Source of the DNA: a virus
Virus record (IMG/VR): IMGVR_UViG_3300042197_004429
Location: 64,001 to 128,000 of that record
Reading direction: 5' to 3' (one strand)
Length of the DNA stretch: 64,000 bases
Below, one piece after another: positions 18,147 through 28,664 of this stretch. Below the pieces are notes generated by a model. It was given only the letters and a program-made list of their open reading frames with translations. It had not been told where the DNA came from and ran no database searches. The first letter of the stretch is position 1. Each line of letters starts with the position of its first letter. A program made the translations under genes and the position numbers.

Positions 18147-18178
18147 AAAGTTATAATAGAAATATATAATATAAATTT

Positions 18179-18790
18179 ATGCTTTTTTTAGATGAAAAAC
18201 GCTGTTTTGGTGATTTTATTTTTTTACACATACCAAAAACCGGTGGTACTAGTATAGAGAGATCTCTAGGTATTCATGGATGTAATTGTCATTGGCACAC
18301 GAAATCGGGAAATTTTCTATTCGGTGAAAAGATTGACATAATAAAAACAAAGATAAAAAATTGGGAAAAAAAAATTAAATTTTGCTTTGTTAGAAACCCT
18401 TGGGATAGACTTGTTTCTACTTTTTTTTATTTAAAAAATTTAAAAAATTTAAAACACCAGCCACTGAGTAGCCACAAAACAGTCTATTTGTCAAAAGTTA
18501 CTACTTTTGAAGATTGGATTATTAAACACGAAAATAAAGAACAAGGATTAGAAAATTTAAATGGCTTTTGGTTGTCGCCTCAAACAAACTGGGTGGGCGA
18601 AAATTTTTTTGATTTTATAGGTAGGTTTGAAAATTTAGAAATAGATTTTAAAAAATTATTTGATAAAAATTTGCCACATTTAAATAAAACTTTTCACGAA
18701 AATTACAAAAAATATTACACACTTAGAACTCAAGAAATTGTAGAAAAGTGGTATTTTGAGGATATCAAAAAATTTAATTATAAATTTTAA
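18179..18790 (+). CDS. Sulfotransferase family 2
   Basis: FLHIPKTGGTSI, FVRNPWDRLVS, IGRFENL. Confidence 0.9.
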   Translation: MLFLDEKRCFGDFIFLHIPKTGGTSIERSLGIHGCNCHWHTKSGNFLFGEKIDIIKTKIKNWEKKIKFCFVRNPWDRLVSTFFYLKNLKNLKHQPLSSHKTVYLSKVTTFEDWIIKHENKEQGLENLNGFWLSPQTNWVGENFFDFIGRFENLEIDFKKLFDKNLPHLNKTFHENYKKYYTLRTQEIVEKWYFEDIKKFNYKF

Positions 18791-19752
18791 AGAAACAAAA
18801 TTTTTTGATAATAAAAATTTTTTGATATTTCTTTAAAATTTGCATCAACAAAATCTTCTATTAATGATATTTTTTTTCCTATTTTTTTATTGAACGACCT
18901 TCTTGTTAATTGATCGCACCATATTTGAAAAGCTAATCTAGAAAAACCCCCGACAGAAGGAATTATATCTAATCCTCTCGCCAAAACAAACAAGTCAATC
19001 ACCGCATTTTCTAAAATTTTAGGATTTTCATTTCCCTCGGAGTGAAGATTTTTCTTGTTTAATTGAAAAATTATTTCCTCATTAAATAAGAAACTTTTAT
19101 TTGTTTTTTTTAGTAGCAAATCTAAAATACGAGCGTCATCCGTAGAAACATATATTGGAATTTTTGATTGATTTATTTGTATTGAAACTTTTTCAATGTA
19201 TTCATTTACATTACTAAATCCGTATTTCTTATAGTCATCAGATCTGTCGGTCCCTCTTATGTGTACCGACATGTAATCTTGATTGAGTTTATTTTTTTTT
19301 ATGTAATTTTTTAATTTAATTTTAAATTTTTCTTTTAATTCTAAATTTTTTAATGCAAGAAAAGATCCAAAGTTGGTTTCATAACAACAATTAAAAACAT
19401 CCTCCGGAATTATTTTTTTGTTTAAGTATTTTTTTATACAAACGCAATTATTAGCCCTACAGTGATCGCAAAAAAAACAATAATTATTTCCATTTATTTT
19501 TTTTTTATATTGATCTTGAAAATATTGTGAATTTTCAAAATTTAATTTTTTTTCACCATAAGCAAATGGAATATCAAAATTAAATTTAAAAATATTAAAA
19601 AAATTAGAAGATTTATAGTATTCGGTTTCAAAATGTATTAAATTAAAATTATTTTTTTTGCAGTAAATATAGGTTCTATAAAACCCTCGGAGAATATCCG
19701 CAAGTCCCCCGGTGGCATATAGATAGGCTTTTTGCATATATAATATATGCAA
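18787..19752 (-). CDS. NodZ/O-fucosyltransferase-like glycosyltransferase
   Basis: GGLADIL, SVHIRGTD, IYVSTDD, AVIDLFVLA, GGFS. Confidence 0.7.
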   Translation of the reverse strand: MHILYMQKAYLYATGGLADILRGFYRTYIYCKKNNFNLIHFETEYYKSSNFFNIFKFNFDIPFAYGEKKLNFENSQYFQDQYKKKINGNNYCFFCDHCRANNCVCIKKYLNKKIIPEDVFNCCYETNFGSFLALKNLELKEKFKIKLKNYIKKNKLNQDYMSVHIRGTDRSDDYKKYGFSNVNEYIEKVSIQINQSKIPIYVSTDDARILDLLLKKTNKSFLFNEEIIFQLNKKNLHSEGNENPKILENAVIDLFVLARGLDIIPSVGGFSRLAFQIWCDQLTRRSFNKKIGKKISLIEDFVDANFKEISKNFYYQKILFL

Positions 19753-20451
19753 AATTTATCTCAAATTTCAAGCAAATATTTTACCGGTGATTCTAAGGGT
19801 GGTGATAAATGCATAAGACACAATTATTGTGATAAATATGATTTGCACTTTTTAAAATATCGATATAAAAAATTAAACCTACTTGAAATAGGAGTAATGC
19901 AAGGGCGATCATTGGTCGCATGGCGAGACTATTTCCCAAATGCAAATATATTGGGAATAGACATTAAACATTATTGTAAACAATATGAAGATGATAGAAT
20001 AAAAATAGAAATTGGAGATCAAAAAGACAAATCTTTTCTTGCTAAAGTAGAAAAAAAACATGGTCCATTTGAAGTCATAATAGATGATGGAAGCCATTTT
20101 TGGATGGATGTTGTGACTTCTTTTAAGTTTTTGTTTCCATTGTTAAAAGAAGGCGGGATCTATGTTATAGAAGACCTTCACACTTCTTATTGTGAACAAT
20201 GTTCAAAAGATTGTGAAATCTCACCGATAGAATATTTAAAAAAAAGCATAGACAAAATTAATATGTTTGGGAAATACACACCCCATAACGTCGGTATGTT
20301 CGCTAGAGCCGCAGATAAACAAAAGTCTGTTTTGGATTCAGGCTTATCCAAAACAGACTGTGATTATGATATTTATTCTATGAGTTTTTATCCAAGCATA
20401 TGTTTTATAGAAAAAGAAAATTATGAAAAACATAAAAGAAAAATTTATTGA
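19747..20451 (+). CDS. Class I SAM-dependent (sugar O-)methyltransferase
   Basis: LLEIGV..GRSL..WRDYFPNA.ILGIDI, GDQ, IIDDGSH, GGIYVIEDL. Confidence 0.85.
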   Translation: MQNLSQISSKYFTGDSKGGDKCIRHNYCDKYDLHFLKYRYKKLNLLEIGVMQGRSLVAWRDYFPNANILGIDIKHYCKQYEDDRIKIEIGDQKDKSFLAKVEKKHGPFEVIIDDGSHFWMDVVTSFKFLFPLLKEGGIYVIEDLHTSYCEQCSKDCEISPIEYLKKSIDKINMFGKYTPHNVGMFARAADKQKSVLDSGLSKTDCDYDIYSMSFYPSICFIEKENYEKHKRKIY

Positions 20452-21214
20452 AGAGGGTTTTGTTTTAGTTAAAAATTTTTTTACCAAAAAAGAAATTTAT
20501 ATAGTCAAAAATGATATTGATGAAATTTTTGAAACATACAATAAAAATTGTAGTGATTTTTCAATTATGGAATTGTTCGAAAAAGATTTTGATGGATTTC
20601 ATGGATGCGCCAAGGCATCTCAAAACTTGATCTCATTAATCAGAATGTCAACTTGTGATAAACTCATAAAATTACTTAAAAAAATAGGAATTAATTTTCC
20701 ATCCATCAACACTAGACCACTAGTTTCATTTAGCTCACAGAGAACCGCAAAAAGAGAAACAAACTGGAAAGTTCCCGCTCATCAAGATTGGCCCTCTGTT
20801 CAAGGTAGTCTTAATGGTGTGACTTGTTGGATTCCACTTATAAATATCAACAAAGATTTGGGTTATCTCGAAATAGCAAAAGGAAGCCACAAAAGAGGTT
20901 ATATTGAACACAATTTAGAACATGTTCCATTGTTGGATAATAAAAAAATAAAAAATGAAATTTTTACACCGATTAAGATGGATTTGGGAGATATTTTATT
21001 ATTCAATTTTTTTACCATACACCGCTCTGGTTTGAATAAAACAAAGGATAAGATAAGGATTACCACTCATTTTAGATATAACGACTTAAAAGAAGAGACT
21101 TTTATAAAAAGAAAAATGCCCCACCATAGGGTTGATACTTTCAAAAGTGAAATTTTATTTCCTAATTTTCCAAGTGAAAAAGAAATGAAATTGTTCTTAA
21201 AAAAACAAATATGA
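20423..21214 (+). CDS. PhyH-family 2OG-Fe(II) dioxygenase
   Basis: PAHQDW, WIPL, GYLEIAKGSH, GDILLF...IHRS. Confidence 0.85.
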   Translation: MKNIKEKFIEEGFVLVKNFFTKKEIYIVKNDIDEIFETYNKNCSDFSIMELFEKDFDGFHGCAKASQNLISLIRMSTCDKLIKLLKKIGINFPSINTRPLVSFSSQRTAKRETNWKVPAHQDWPSVQGSLNGVTCWIPLININKDLGYLEIAKGSHKRGYIEHNLEHVPLLDNKKIKNEIFTPIKMDLGDILLFNFFTIHRSGLNKTKDKIRITTHFRYNDLKEETFIKRKMPHHRVDTFKSEILFPNFPSEKEMKLFLKKQI

Positions 21215-22119
21215 ATTTTTATTGTTATCATTCCGATTCTTTAATTAAAAAAATTAAATTAAAGACTAATAATGTAACCTTACATAAAGAATTTAGTCAT
21301 CCTTGTAATGATTTTTTAAGAGAAGTGTTTAAAAACTCAAGCATTGTTAAAAAAGATTCTTATTTTTTTGTGCCTGTGGTTATAAGAGCTAAAAAACAAG
21401 CCTCAATTGGAGAAATAGATGCTTGTTTTTCTCATTTAATTAAAAATTTAGAATATTTTCAAGACTATAGAAGTAAACACATTTTTTTTTGGGTGGGAGA
21501 CAGTTTCCTGTTTTCTAGTTTGTCAAATTGCGAAAATTTTTTTATGCAATCTTGTCATAACAAGTACTGTTGTAAGCCCCTGCACTATATTTCTCCAATT
21601 TGTAAATATTTAGCAAATTCAAAAAATATAGAGTTAACTGATATAGATGTTTCTTTTCAAGGAAATTTAAAAACTCATAGGTGCAGAGAAAAATTCAAAG
21701 ATATAAATTTAAAATTCAAGACAAAAATTGTATTTAGTCCACCAAATCAACCTCAAAATTACCCCAAATATCTCATAGATTCTTATATTGATTCTATAGA
21801 AAATAGTAAATTTGTATTGTGTCCGAGAGGGCAAGGCTTGAACTCCATTAGATTTTTTGAAGCAGTTGCAGCAGGGAGGATTCCTATTTTAATATCCGAT
21901 AATGTTAAATTACCATTGAGCGATATGATTGATTGGTCTAGTGTGATAATTCAATTAAGTGAAGATTTTGAATGCGAAGATTTAAATTTTAAAATTAAAC
22001 ATTTTATAGATAAAAATAATTTACTTGATGTTTCTAACAAATTAAAAAAAATTTGGAATAATTATTTTTTAGATTTTAAAAATTTTTTTATATTAAATCT
22101 TTTTAAGATTTTTAATTAA
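21211..22119 (+). CDS. Exostosin-like (GT47) glycosyltransferase
   Basis: SKFVLCPRGQG.NSIRFFEAVAAGRIPILISD..KLP. Confidence 0.85.
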   Translation: MNFYCYHSDSLIKKIKLKTNNVTLHKEFSHPCNDFLREVFKNSSIVKKDSYFFVPVVIRAKKQASIGEIDACFSHLIKNLEYFQDYRSKHIFFWVGDSFLFSSLSNCENFFMQSCHNKYCCKPLHYISPICKYLANSKNIELTDIDVSFQGNLKTHRCREKFKDINLKFKTKIVFSPPNQPQNYPKYLIDSYIDSIENSKFVLCPRGQGLNSIRFFEAVAAGRIPILISDNVKLPLSDMIDWSSVIIQLSEDFECEDLNFKIKHFIDKNNLLDVSNKLKKIWNNYFLDFKNFFILNLFKIFN

Positions 22120-22123
22120 ATTT

Positions 22124-22858
22124 TTACCAATTAATTTCCTTATTTAAAATTAATTTTAAATCTTTTATAGTATTAGAATAATAATTCTTTAGAACTTCTT
22201 TGTCGGTGTCTTTAATTTTTTTATTACTTATATTTTGATATAATTCTTCCAAGTTATAATCGCTAACCGCACCCGGCATCCATTTTCTATTAAAAAATTT
22301 TGATTTGTGTTTTTTTATATTTATGAATTGATAAATTTCATTAATGAAATGATTTGAATTTTTTAATAAATCATCAAACAATAATATTTTAAAATTTTTA
22401 TCTACTTCATAGTATTTTAAAAAATTTTTTAAATGTATTTCGTATAGTCCACAGGTTCTAATGTTATTCCAGTCCTCGCTCCAGCTTTCTAAAAAATTTT
22501 TTTTACAATTTCCAATATATGTTCCAAATTTCCAATGCGAATAAGCTCTATCTATGGGGTTTCTCAAACACACAATCAAATTAGAATTTGGTAAAACATC
22601 TTTTATTCTTTTTGCGCAATTCCAATAAAAATAATCTGGGGTTGTGTCTATGATTATTTTCTTATTAGTTACAAATTGATTTTTGTACCAACTTTTTCCT
22701 TTATAGTAGTTTTTGTTAAAAAAATAAATTTCTTTTTTTGGATTGACATACACCTCTGGGTGGTCACTTAATTGCTTCCAAATCCAACTAGTTCCCGATT
22801 TTCTAACTCCTATTATTAAATGAGTTGGATAATTTTCTTTTAAATTGTAAAATAGCAT
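22124..22858 (-). CDS. Sulfotransferase family 1
   Basis: IIGVRKSGTS, KEIYFF, TPDY, LRNPIDRAYSHW. Confidence 0.9.
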   Translation of the reverse strand: MLFYNLKENYPTHLIIGVRKSGTSWIWKQLSDHPEVYVNPKKEIYFFNKNYYKGKSWYKNQFVTNKKIIIDTTPDYFYWNCAKRIKDVLPNSNLIVCLRNPIDRAYSHWKFGTYIGNCKKNFLESWSEDWNNIRTCGLYEIHLKNFLKYYEVDKNFKILLFDDLLKNSNHFINEIYQFINIKKHKSKFFNRKWMPGAVSDYNLEELYQNISNKKIKDTDKEVLKNYYSNTIKDLKLILNKEINW

Positions 22859-22865
22859 TATTTTT

Positions 22866-24410
22866 TTATAATTTAATATTGTTCTTGATTATTTCGTTTC
22901 CGAAAACAATAGCGTCTAACCCATTCATTTCTAGACACTGTTTTTTTGAAGAAACTATTGGCTTGCCCATGACATTAAATGAAGTGTTCAACAAAACAGG
23001 AACCCCACTCAGATCTTTGTATTCTTTAATCAATTGATAAAAGCAAGGGTTGTCTGACTCCTCCACCGTTTGAACCCTACAGGTTTTATCTATATGTGTT
23101 ATGGATGGTATTTTTTTTTCATCTAAAACTTTGCAAGCATATAGCATATATTTGCTTTGATTTATATCAAAGTAAGAACTTGAATCCTCCTGCAACACAG
23201 ATCCCGCAAATGGTCTCCATGGCTCTCTCATTTTGACTTTTTTATTTATTTCATCTTTGTTTAATTTGTTTATTGGAGACATAAGGATAGACCTATTTCC
23301 AAGCGCTCTTGGTCCTAATTCTCCTGAACCCTGAATCCAACCTATAATTTTATTTTCATTTAACATTTTTGCCATTAATTTTATAGTCTTATCTGTTGGA
23401 ATCTGTTCAATATTATCATCTTGCCAATATGGAAAACCAATGCGATTGAACTGGTTTTCTCCAAAGTATAATCTTAAAAACTCTAAGCAACCCAAAGGTA
23501 TTCCTCCGTCATAGCAATGTGGTATAGGGAACAAATTAGGGAATTCTTTTTTAATTTTTTGGTTGAATACGGTATTTTGAACACAGCCGCCGGAATAACT
23601 TATAATAGAATTTTTTTCTAAGTAAGAAAATGTGTTTTTTAAAATATAATTTAGCCAAAAATTATGCCACTCTGAATAAGTTTTATAAAATTCTTTTTTG
23701 ATCATCTCATGACATCTACACATCTCTGGCAACATGTATTTATAATTTTTTATATATTTGTTTATACGATTTGAATTTATGTCTAGTTCAAGAAGTTTGG
23801 GCAAACCGAATTCTTTTATTTGATCCTCTGAGTATGCTTGCAAACCCATTATTTTACCTGCGAAATCAATCCCTACGGCTCCTGTTTCTTTTGTTTCTTT
23901 TGCAGAAGCTCCGAACCCCATAAGACCAGCAATCGCCCGAAATTCTAAACCTACAGAAGAGCCAAATTCTTCATAAACAACCTCTGGATTTGTTTTTAGA
24001 TTCCTTATTACTGTTGTTGATTTTTCATTGTCGCCTTTTCCATCTATGCATACTCCATAATTTGTATTTGTTGTTGACACCACCGGCCAACAACTTAAGA
24101 TGTGGGCAAAGTGATGGTCAATATTAAAACTTCTTATACCCAAGCCCAATTTTTCAAGTTGCCCTTTGCAAAATAATTCTTTTTTCGAACACTTACCAAG
24201 CCCCGTTCTCCCCCCATCTGAATATGCTATACATTTAATGTCTTTTAATTTTATTCCCCAATCCTCTAAAGCTTTGTAAACAAAATTAAAATTTCCTTTT
24301 TGATGTTTAACTCCGTGAAGTCTCTCGAATTTTCTATATTTTATGTTGCCATCCACCGAAACGGCAACACTGGCGTCGTGTCCTAGATAAAAAGATACAA
24401 ATATTGACAT
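22866..24410 (-). CDS. O-carbamoyltransferase (NodU/CmcH/TobZ family)
   Basis: GHDAS, DHHFAH, DGKGD, GKIMGL, ELGPRALGNRSIL, KMREPWRPFA, THIDKTCRVQTV, LNTSFN. Confidence 0.9.
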   Translation of the reverse strand: MSIFVSFYLGHDASVAVSVDGNIKYRKFERLHGVKHQKGNFNFVYKALEDWGIKLKDIKCIAYSDGGRTGLGKCSKKELFCKGQLEKLGLGIRSFNIDHHFAHILSCWPVVSTTNTNYGVCIDGKGDNEKSTTVIRNLKTNPEVVYEEFGSSVGLEFRAIAGLMGFGASAKETKETGAVGIDFAGKIMGLQAYSEDQIKEFGLPKLLELDINSNRINKYIKNYKYMLPEMCRCHEMIKKEFYKTYSEWHNFWLNYILKNTFSYLEKNSIISYSGGCVQNTVFNQKIKKEFPNLFPIPHCYDGGIPLGCLEFLRLYFGENQFNRIGFPYWQDDNIEQIPTDKTIKLMAKMLNENKIIGWIQGSGELGPRALGNRSILMSPINKLNKDEINKKVKMREPWRPFAGSVLQEDSSSYFDINQSKYMLYACKVLDEKKIPSITHIDKTCRVQTVEESDNPCFYQLIKEYKDLSGVPVLLNTSFNVMGKPIVSSKKQCLEMNGLDAIVFGNEIIKNNIKL

Positions 24411-24416
24411 GTTAAT

Positions 24417-25070
24417 TTATAAAAAAAATTTTTGATTGTGCAAGGGTAAGTTTCTAATTTTTGAATTAGAATAAGAACATTTTTTCTCTTTTTGTTTTTG
24501 ATTTCTCCAATCAACATGTATTACATTAATGTAATTGGTTAGATTTTTTACATTTATATCACTCTCGACAGCAGCAGTCCTAAATCTACTTTCGCAATGC
24601 CAGTATCCTAGTTTAAAATCGCAATAAAATTCTTGAAGATTTTCTTTATATGCCCAAGCATCTTGAGAACACCTGGAATTAATTTTTTTTCCAGAGTTGT
24701 AAGATACTTCGCTTTCGATTATTTCGCCTTTTTTTGTTAAATCTTTTCTTGATAAAATTACTAAAGTGTTTTTCCAGTCAATTTTGAGTAAACAAACAAT
24801 AGTTTCATCAAAATACACATCTGAATTAGCTAAAATTTTTACACCTTTGGTTTTTTTTGAAAAATCAAACCAGTCTTTGTACGAAATTCTTTTATTGACT
24901 TCTACAAATTCAATTTTTTCTTTATCAAACAGGGGAGTGTCGCAATTTTTTTCAAAAAATAATACTATTTTGTTTACAAATTTATTTTTTAAATTTTTAT
25001 TCAAACAGTACAGGTTGTAACATTCTACTTCCGGCGTGCATTTAAATATTTGTTGGTAAAGAGTTATCAT
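24417..25070 (-). CDS. Glycosyltransferase-like hypothetical protein
   Basis: ILANSDVYFD, SQDAW, LGYWHCE, HVD pattern. Confidence 0.5.
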   Translation of the reverse strand: MITLYQQIFKCTPEVECYNLYCLNKNLKNKFVNKIVLFFEKNCDTPLFDKEKIEFVEVNKRISYKDWFDFSKKTKGVKILANSDVYFDETIVCLLKIDWKNTLVILSRKDLTKKGEIIESEVSYNSGKKINSRCSQDAWAYKENLQEFYCDFKLGYWHCESRFRTAAVESDINVKNLTNYINVIHVDWRNQKQKEKKCSYSNSKIRNLPLHNQKFFL

Positions 25071-25073
25071 TTA

Positions 25074-25931
25074 TTATAGAAAATATTTTATTTTATTAAA
25101 ACTATAGATTTTATCCAAACAATACTTAATATTATAATTTTCACAATTATAATATTTTTTGTATAAATTTTTAATATTTTTTTCATTATAGTAATGAAAA
25201 ATTTTTATTTTTTTCGTATCTATGACACCCCCACCTGCAAAGACCTCTTCGATACTACTTGAAAAATTATATTCGTAATTCAAATTTTTAATCGGTATTC
25301 CAGACTCCAAAACAGACAGGCAAAGACATATCTGAGCTTTAAATTTATTTTTTAAATTATTTAAAGAATAAACATATTTTTTTATATAAGGTGCTAATTT
25401 ATGCATTAATTTTTTATTTAAAACTATAAAACCATTATTAAAATAACATGGCGGGCAATAGTCATTGTTTTTTATTTGTTTTTTGAATGATTTCAATTCA
25501 ATTTTTAGATTAAATTTTTTTAAAATAGTGTCCCAACTTAGTTGTTCTTTTTTAAAAGGACTTTCATGTGCTAAAACTCCGTAAATCCCCAACTCAGACC
25601 TAGCTTTTTTGATTATTTCTTTTAAAGAATCTAATACTAGGATGTCTGCATCCAGTAATACACAAACGGTCGATTTTGATTCTAAAAAATATCTTATTGC
25701 TCCGCTCCATTTTGGTTTTAAACCATCTTTATTTTCATAATAAACAACATTTGAGTTTTTTATTATGAAATTGTTTTTTATTTTTTGGTCTTTTGGCAAC
25801 ATTATTGTAAAATAATAATCATCAAGATCGCTAAAAAATTCTATTGATTTCATTAATGCAAAAACATTTTCTTCCATGTGTTCTTCTATTTTTAGGAAAA
25901 AATGAGCATCATTTTTTAAAGTTTTCATCAT
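25074..25931 (-). CDS. GT8-like glycosyltransferase
   Basis: LLDADIL, YFNNGF, AQICL, YNF, IFHY. Confidence 0.7.
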   Translation of the reverse strand: MMKTLKNDAHFFLKIEEHMEENVFALMKSIEFFSDLDDYYFTIMLPKDQKIKNNFIIKNSNVVYYENKDGLKPKWSGAIRYFLESKSTVCVLLDADILVLDSLKEIIKKARSELGIYGVLAHESPFKKEQLSWDTILKKFNLKIELKSFKKQIKNNDYCPPCYFNNGFIVLNKKLMHKLAPYIKKYVYSLNNLKNKFKAQICLCLSVLESGIPIKNLNYEYNFSSSIEEVFAGGGVIDTKKIKIFHYYNEKNIKNLYKKYYNCENYNIKYCLDKIYSFNKIKYFL

Positions 25932-26028
25932 TTTAGTAAAAGTATTTATAATTAAAAATAAAAAACAAGAGTCAATTATCCGTAAAATTTTGGAATAAAT
26001 TAAAAAAGATGCATTATATTAATGATAT

Positions 26029-26790
26029 GTGGAAAATATCCCGAGAAGCCATGGTGTAACATTGAATTTAAAATATATTGTTACCGGCACTGGTCGTTGC
26101 GGCACAGTTTTTTTGGCTCGTTTTTTAACGAGTGTGGGGGTTCCCTGCGGTCACGAATCAATTTTTGGCCCAGAAGGCTTAGAGTTAGCCAAATACAGAT
26201 CATCTGGTTTGTCCACACCTTGCTTAAGCTACTGTTCAAAAAATATTTTGAAAGGTGGCAAGTGGGAACCTCTTCCGGATTGGATCACAGAAATAGAAAA
26301 AATACAGGCTGATTCTAGTTACTTGGCTGCTCCTTTTCTTCAGGAAAGTTGTTTAGAAAATTGTAAGAAAATTCATTTAGTTAGAGATCCAATTAAGGTA
26401 ATTCATTCTTTTTGTAATCATATTGAATATTTCAAATCTGATGAGCCTAAAGATAAATTTGAAAAATTTATTTACGAGAATGTACCAGAGTTGCAAACAA
26501 AAATGCCCCAATATGATCGTGCTTGTTTGTTTTATGTTCTTTGGAACAATATGATAGAAAAAAATAACATCGATTTGTTTTACAGAGTAGAAGATCCAGT
26601 TAACGTTTTGTTTGATTTTTTAGATTTAGAAAAAAAAGAACACTTCTCGGATAACACCATAAACACTCATAAAAAATGGTCAAAAGAAAATTTTGATGTT
26701 CATTTGATAGAAAGCAAGGAAATAAAAAGTGAATTTGTAAAAATTGGCAGACGATACGGATACAAAATGGTGTCTGCGTTCATGGTTTAG
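26029..26790 (+). CDS. Sulfotransferase-like protein
   Basis: VTGTGRCGT P-loop-like PSB motif, GHE, HLVRDPIKVIHS; start uncertain. Confidence 0.65.
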   Translation: MENIPRSHGVTLNLKYIVTGTGRCGTVFLARFLTSVGVPCGHESIFGPEGLELAKYRSSGLSTPCLSYCSKNILKGGKWEPLPDWITEIEKIQADSSYLAAPFLQESCLENCKKIHLVRDPIKVIHSFCNHIEYFKSDEPKDKFEKFIYENVPELQTKMPQYDRACLFYVLWNNMIEKNNIDLFYRVEDPVNVLFDFLDLEKKEHFSDNTINTHKKWSKENFDVHLIESKEIKSEFVKIGRRYGYKMVSAFMV

Positions 26791-27803
26791 TATATTTGCT
26801 TGTTTGCACTATCAGATGGCATTTCCAGAACATAGTCTATAAAATCAATTTCCATATAACTTTGTAAAACGTCTACATTTTGCCACACACGACACAATCT
26901 ATCTAAAATAGATTGATAATTTACAAAAAAGTCCTCCACACTGGTTTTGCTAACAAATTCATTTTTTACAAAAAGACCAGATTCTTTAAACCAGTGTCTG
27001 TATGTTTCAAGTGGATTTACAACTTTGATATTGGGTTCACTTTGTAGTCCCAAGCATCTCATTAATTCAATATCGTCTAAAATTAAATGAATAAACGCTT
27101 TGTTCTTGCTGGTGTAAAGATGCGACCCATGCCTGCTTGACCAAGGATGATTCCTGACATAAATTCTTCCTTCGCCGGAAAGTAATCCTGATGCTTGCCT
27201 CAAGGCTTCTATTGGGTCAATTAAAGAGATATGATCCAATACATCATGCATTAAAATAATATCAAATGGAGCATTACATTTTACTAAATCAAAGTTGCCC
27301 GCAAAGTGATTCGGATCGAATTGGTATTTACTTGCATCAACATCATACCCGATAGCCAAAGAACATTCACGAGTTAAAGCGGCTGGAATTGTGTGGCCTT
27401 CTCCACATCCAAAATCTAAAAATCTTTTGTTTTTCATTCTTTCGCCAATTAGCAAATCCATGATGCTATCGGCTCTTTTTTGTTTATCTTCATTTGTAAC
27501 ACAAAGAAGATGCGGCTCTACGGCGTAAGGCCACTCCTCGGTTTCTAAAAGTTTCCTTATTTCTTCCAGAGATTTTTCGTATTCGCTTGCTTGTGGTAAG
27601 CCATATTTTTTGAGGTTATTTGAAAGTTCCGCCATATCTCTTCGAATTTTGGCGTTTTCAAATAATAATTGTTTTTCTTGACTTTCTCGGAGTGCATTTA
27701 TTGATTCTTTGACTTCTTTTAAAACACCCATGAAACTTTCTAATTTTCTCAAATGAGCGTCTATTTCATACGCAATTCCGTCAATTCTTTTCATATCTAA
27801 CAT
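26787..27803 (-). CDS. SAM methyltransferase with N-terminal coiled coil (paralog 1 of 3)
   Basis: WPYAV, FLDFGCGEGH, DVLDH, HPWSSRHGSHL. Confidence 0.8.
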   Translation of the reverse strand: MLDMKRIDGIAYEIDAHLRKLESFMGVLKEVKESINALRESQEKQLLFENAKIRRDMAELSNNLKKYGLPQASEYEKSLEEIRKLLETEEWPYAVEPHLLCVTNEDKQKRADSIMDLLIGERMKNKRFLDFGCGEGHTIPAALTRECSLAIGYDVDASKYQFDPNHFAGNFDLVKCNAPFDIILMHDVLDHISLIDPIEALRQASGLLSGEGRIYVRNHPWSSRHGSHLYTSKNKAFIHLILDDIELMRCLGLQSEPNIKVVNPLETYRHWFKESGLFVKNEFVSKTSVEDFFVNYQSILDRLCRVWQNVDVLQSYMEIDFIDYVLEMPSDSANKQIY

Positions 27804-27850
27804 AACAATTATTCCAGATAAAAACTATAATAGAATAAAGGAGTAAAAAG

Positions 27851-28651
27851 ATGGCCAAACCGTTATTCCGCTGGACTTGCGGCAGTTGTTTGCAGCAAGG
27901 ATTGGATATTCTTGCTGAATCTATTAATCGAACAACAAAAAGTTTAGGTATACATAATTTTGATTGGGTTATATGTTACAACAACCTTTATAGAGACGAT
28001 CTTGCTTTTTTGCAAAAAGCAATAGGTGATAAGCCTATTCAACTAATAGCTCAAAATTGGTCAACTTGTCCGGTTGACGATAATTGCCAGAATCCTCGTC
28101 GCAAAGACGGTAGTTTTGAATGGAATGGCAATCGTTGTGGCGGAACCATGTGGAAGGTTTGTCCTCCGAGATTGCGAATGGAGACGCATGAAATTGTCAT
28201 GGACAACGATATAATTTTACTTAAAAAATTTCATCAAATTGATGATTTTTTAAATCAAACAAAAAAATGTCTAGTTTTAGAAGAACCCATTAGATTTTAT
28301 GGAAGATACGATTGTTTATTTGGAGACGCAACGACTTTTTTGAATTCAGGATTTATGGGTTTTCCACCAGGATACGATTATGGAGCCGAGTTGTTTAAAG
28401 TTTGGACAAAATATTCAAAATACATGAACCTAACACAGGCTGACGAGCAAGGTCTATTGATGTTCACCCTGGACCAGCAGCCCAATATTCGCATTAAAAA
28501 AGAACAAATGGTTGAAGTTTTAAATCGTGATTTCAAAGCCATCATAACAGGCCACGAAGAAGGAATACACTTTACTCAAGCAAATCGAATACCCAATCAC
28601 TTTGCCTGGAAAATGTATCAAGAAGTTATTGGAAATCACACTATAATCTAA
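27851..28651 (+). CDS. GT-A (GT8-like) protein; paralog of 60830-61543
   Basis: MDNDII, NSGFMGFPP, DEQGL motifs; GGAG RBS. Confidence 0.55.
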   Translation: MAKPLFRWTCGSCLQQGLDILAESINRTTKSLGIHNFDWVICYNNLYRDDLAFLQKAIGDKPIQLIAQNWSTCPVDDNCQNPRRKDGSFEWNGNRCGGTMWKVCPPRLRMETHEIVMDNDIILLKKFHQIDDFLNQTKKCLVLEEPIRFYGRYDCLFGDATTFLNSGFMGFPPGYDYGAELFKVWTKYSKYMNLTQADEQGLLMFTLDQQPNIRIKKEQMVEVLNRDFKAIITGHEEGIHFTQANRIPNHFAWKMYQEVIGNHTII

Positions 28652-28664
28652 TAGGATTAAAAAA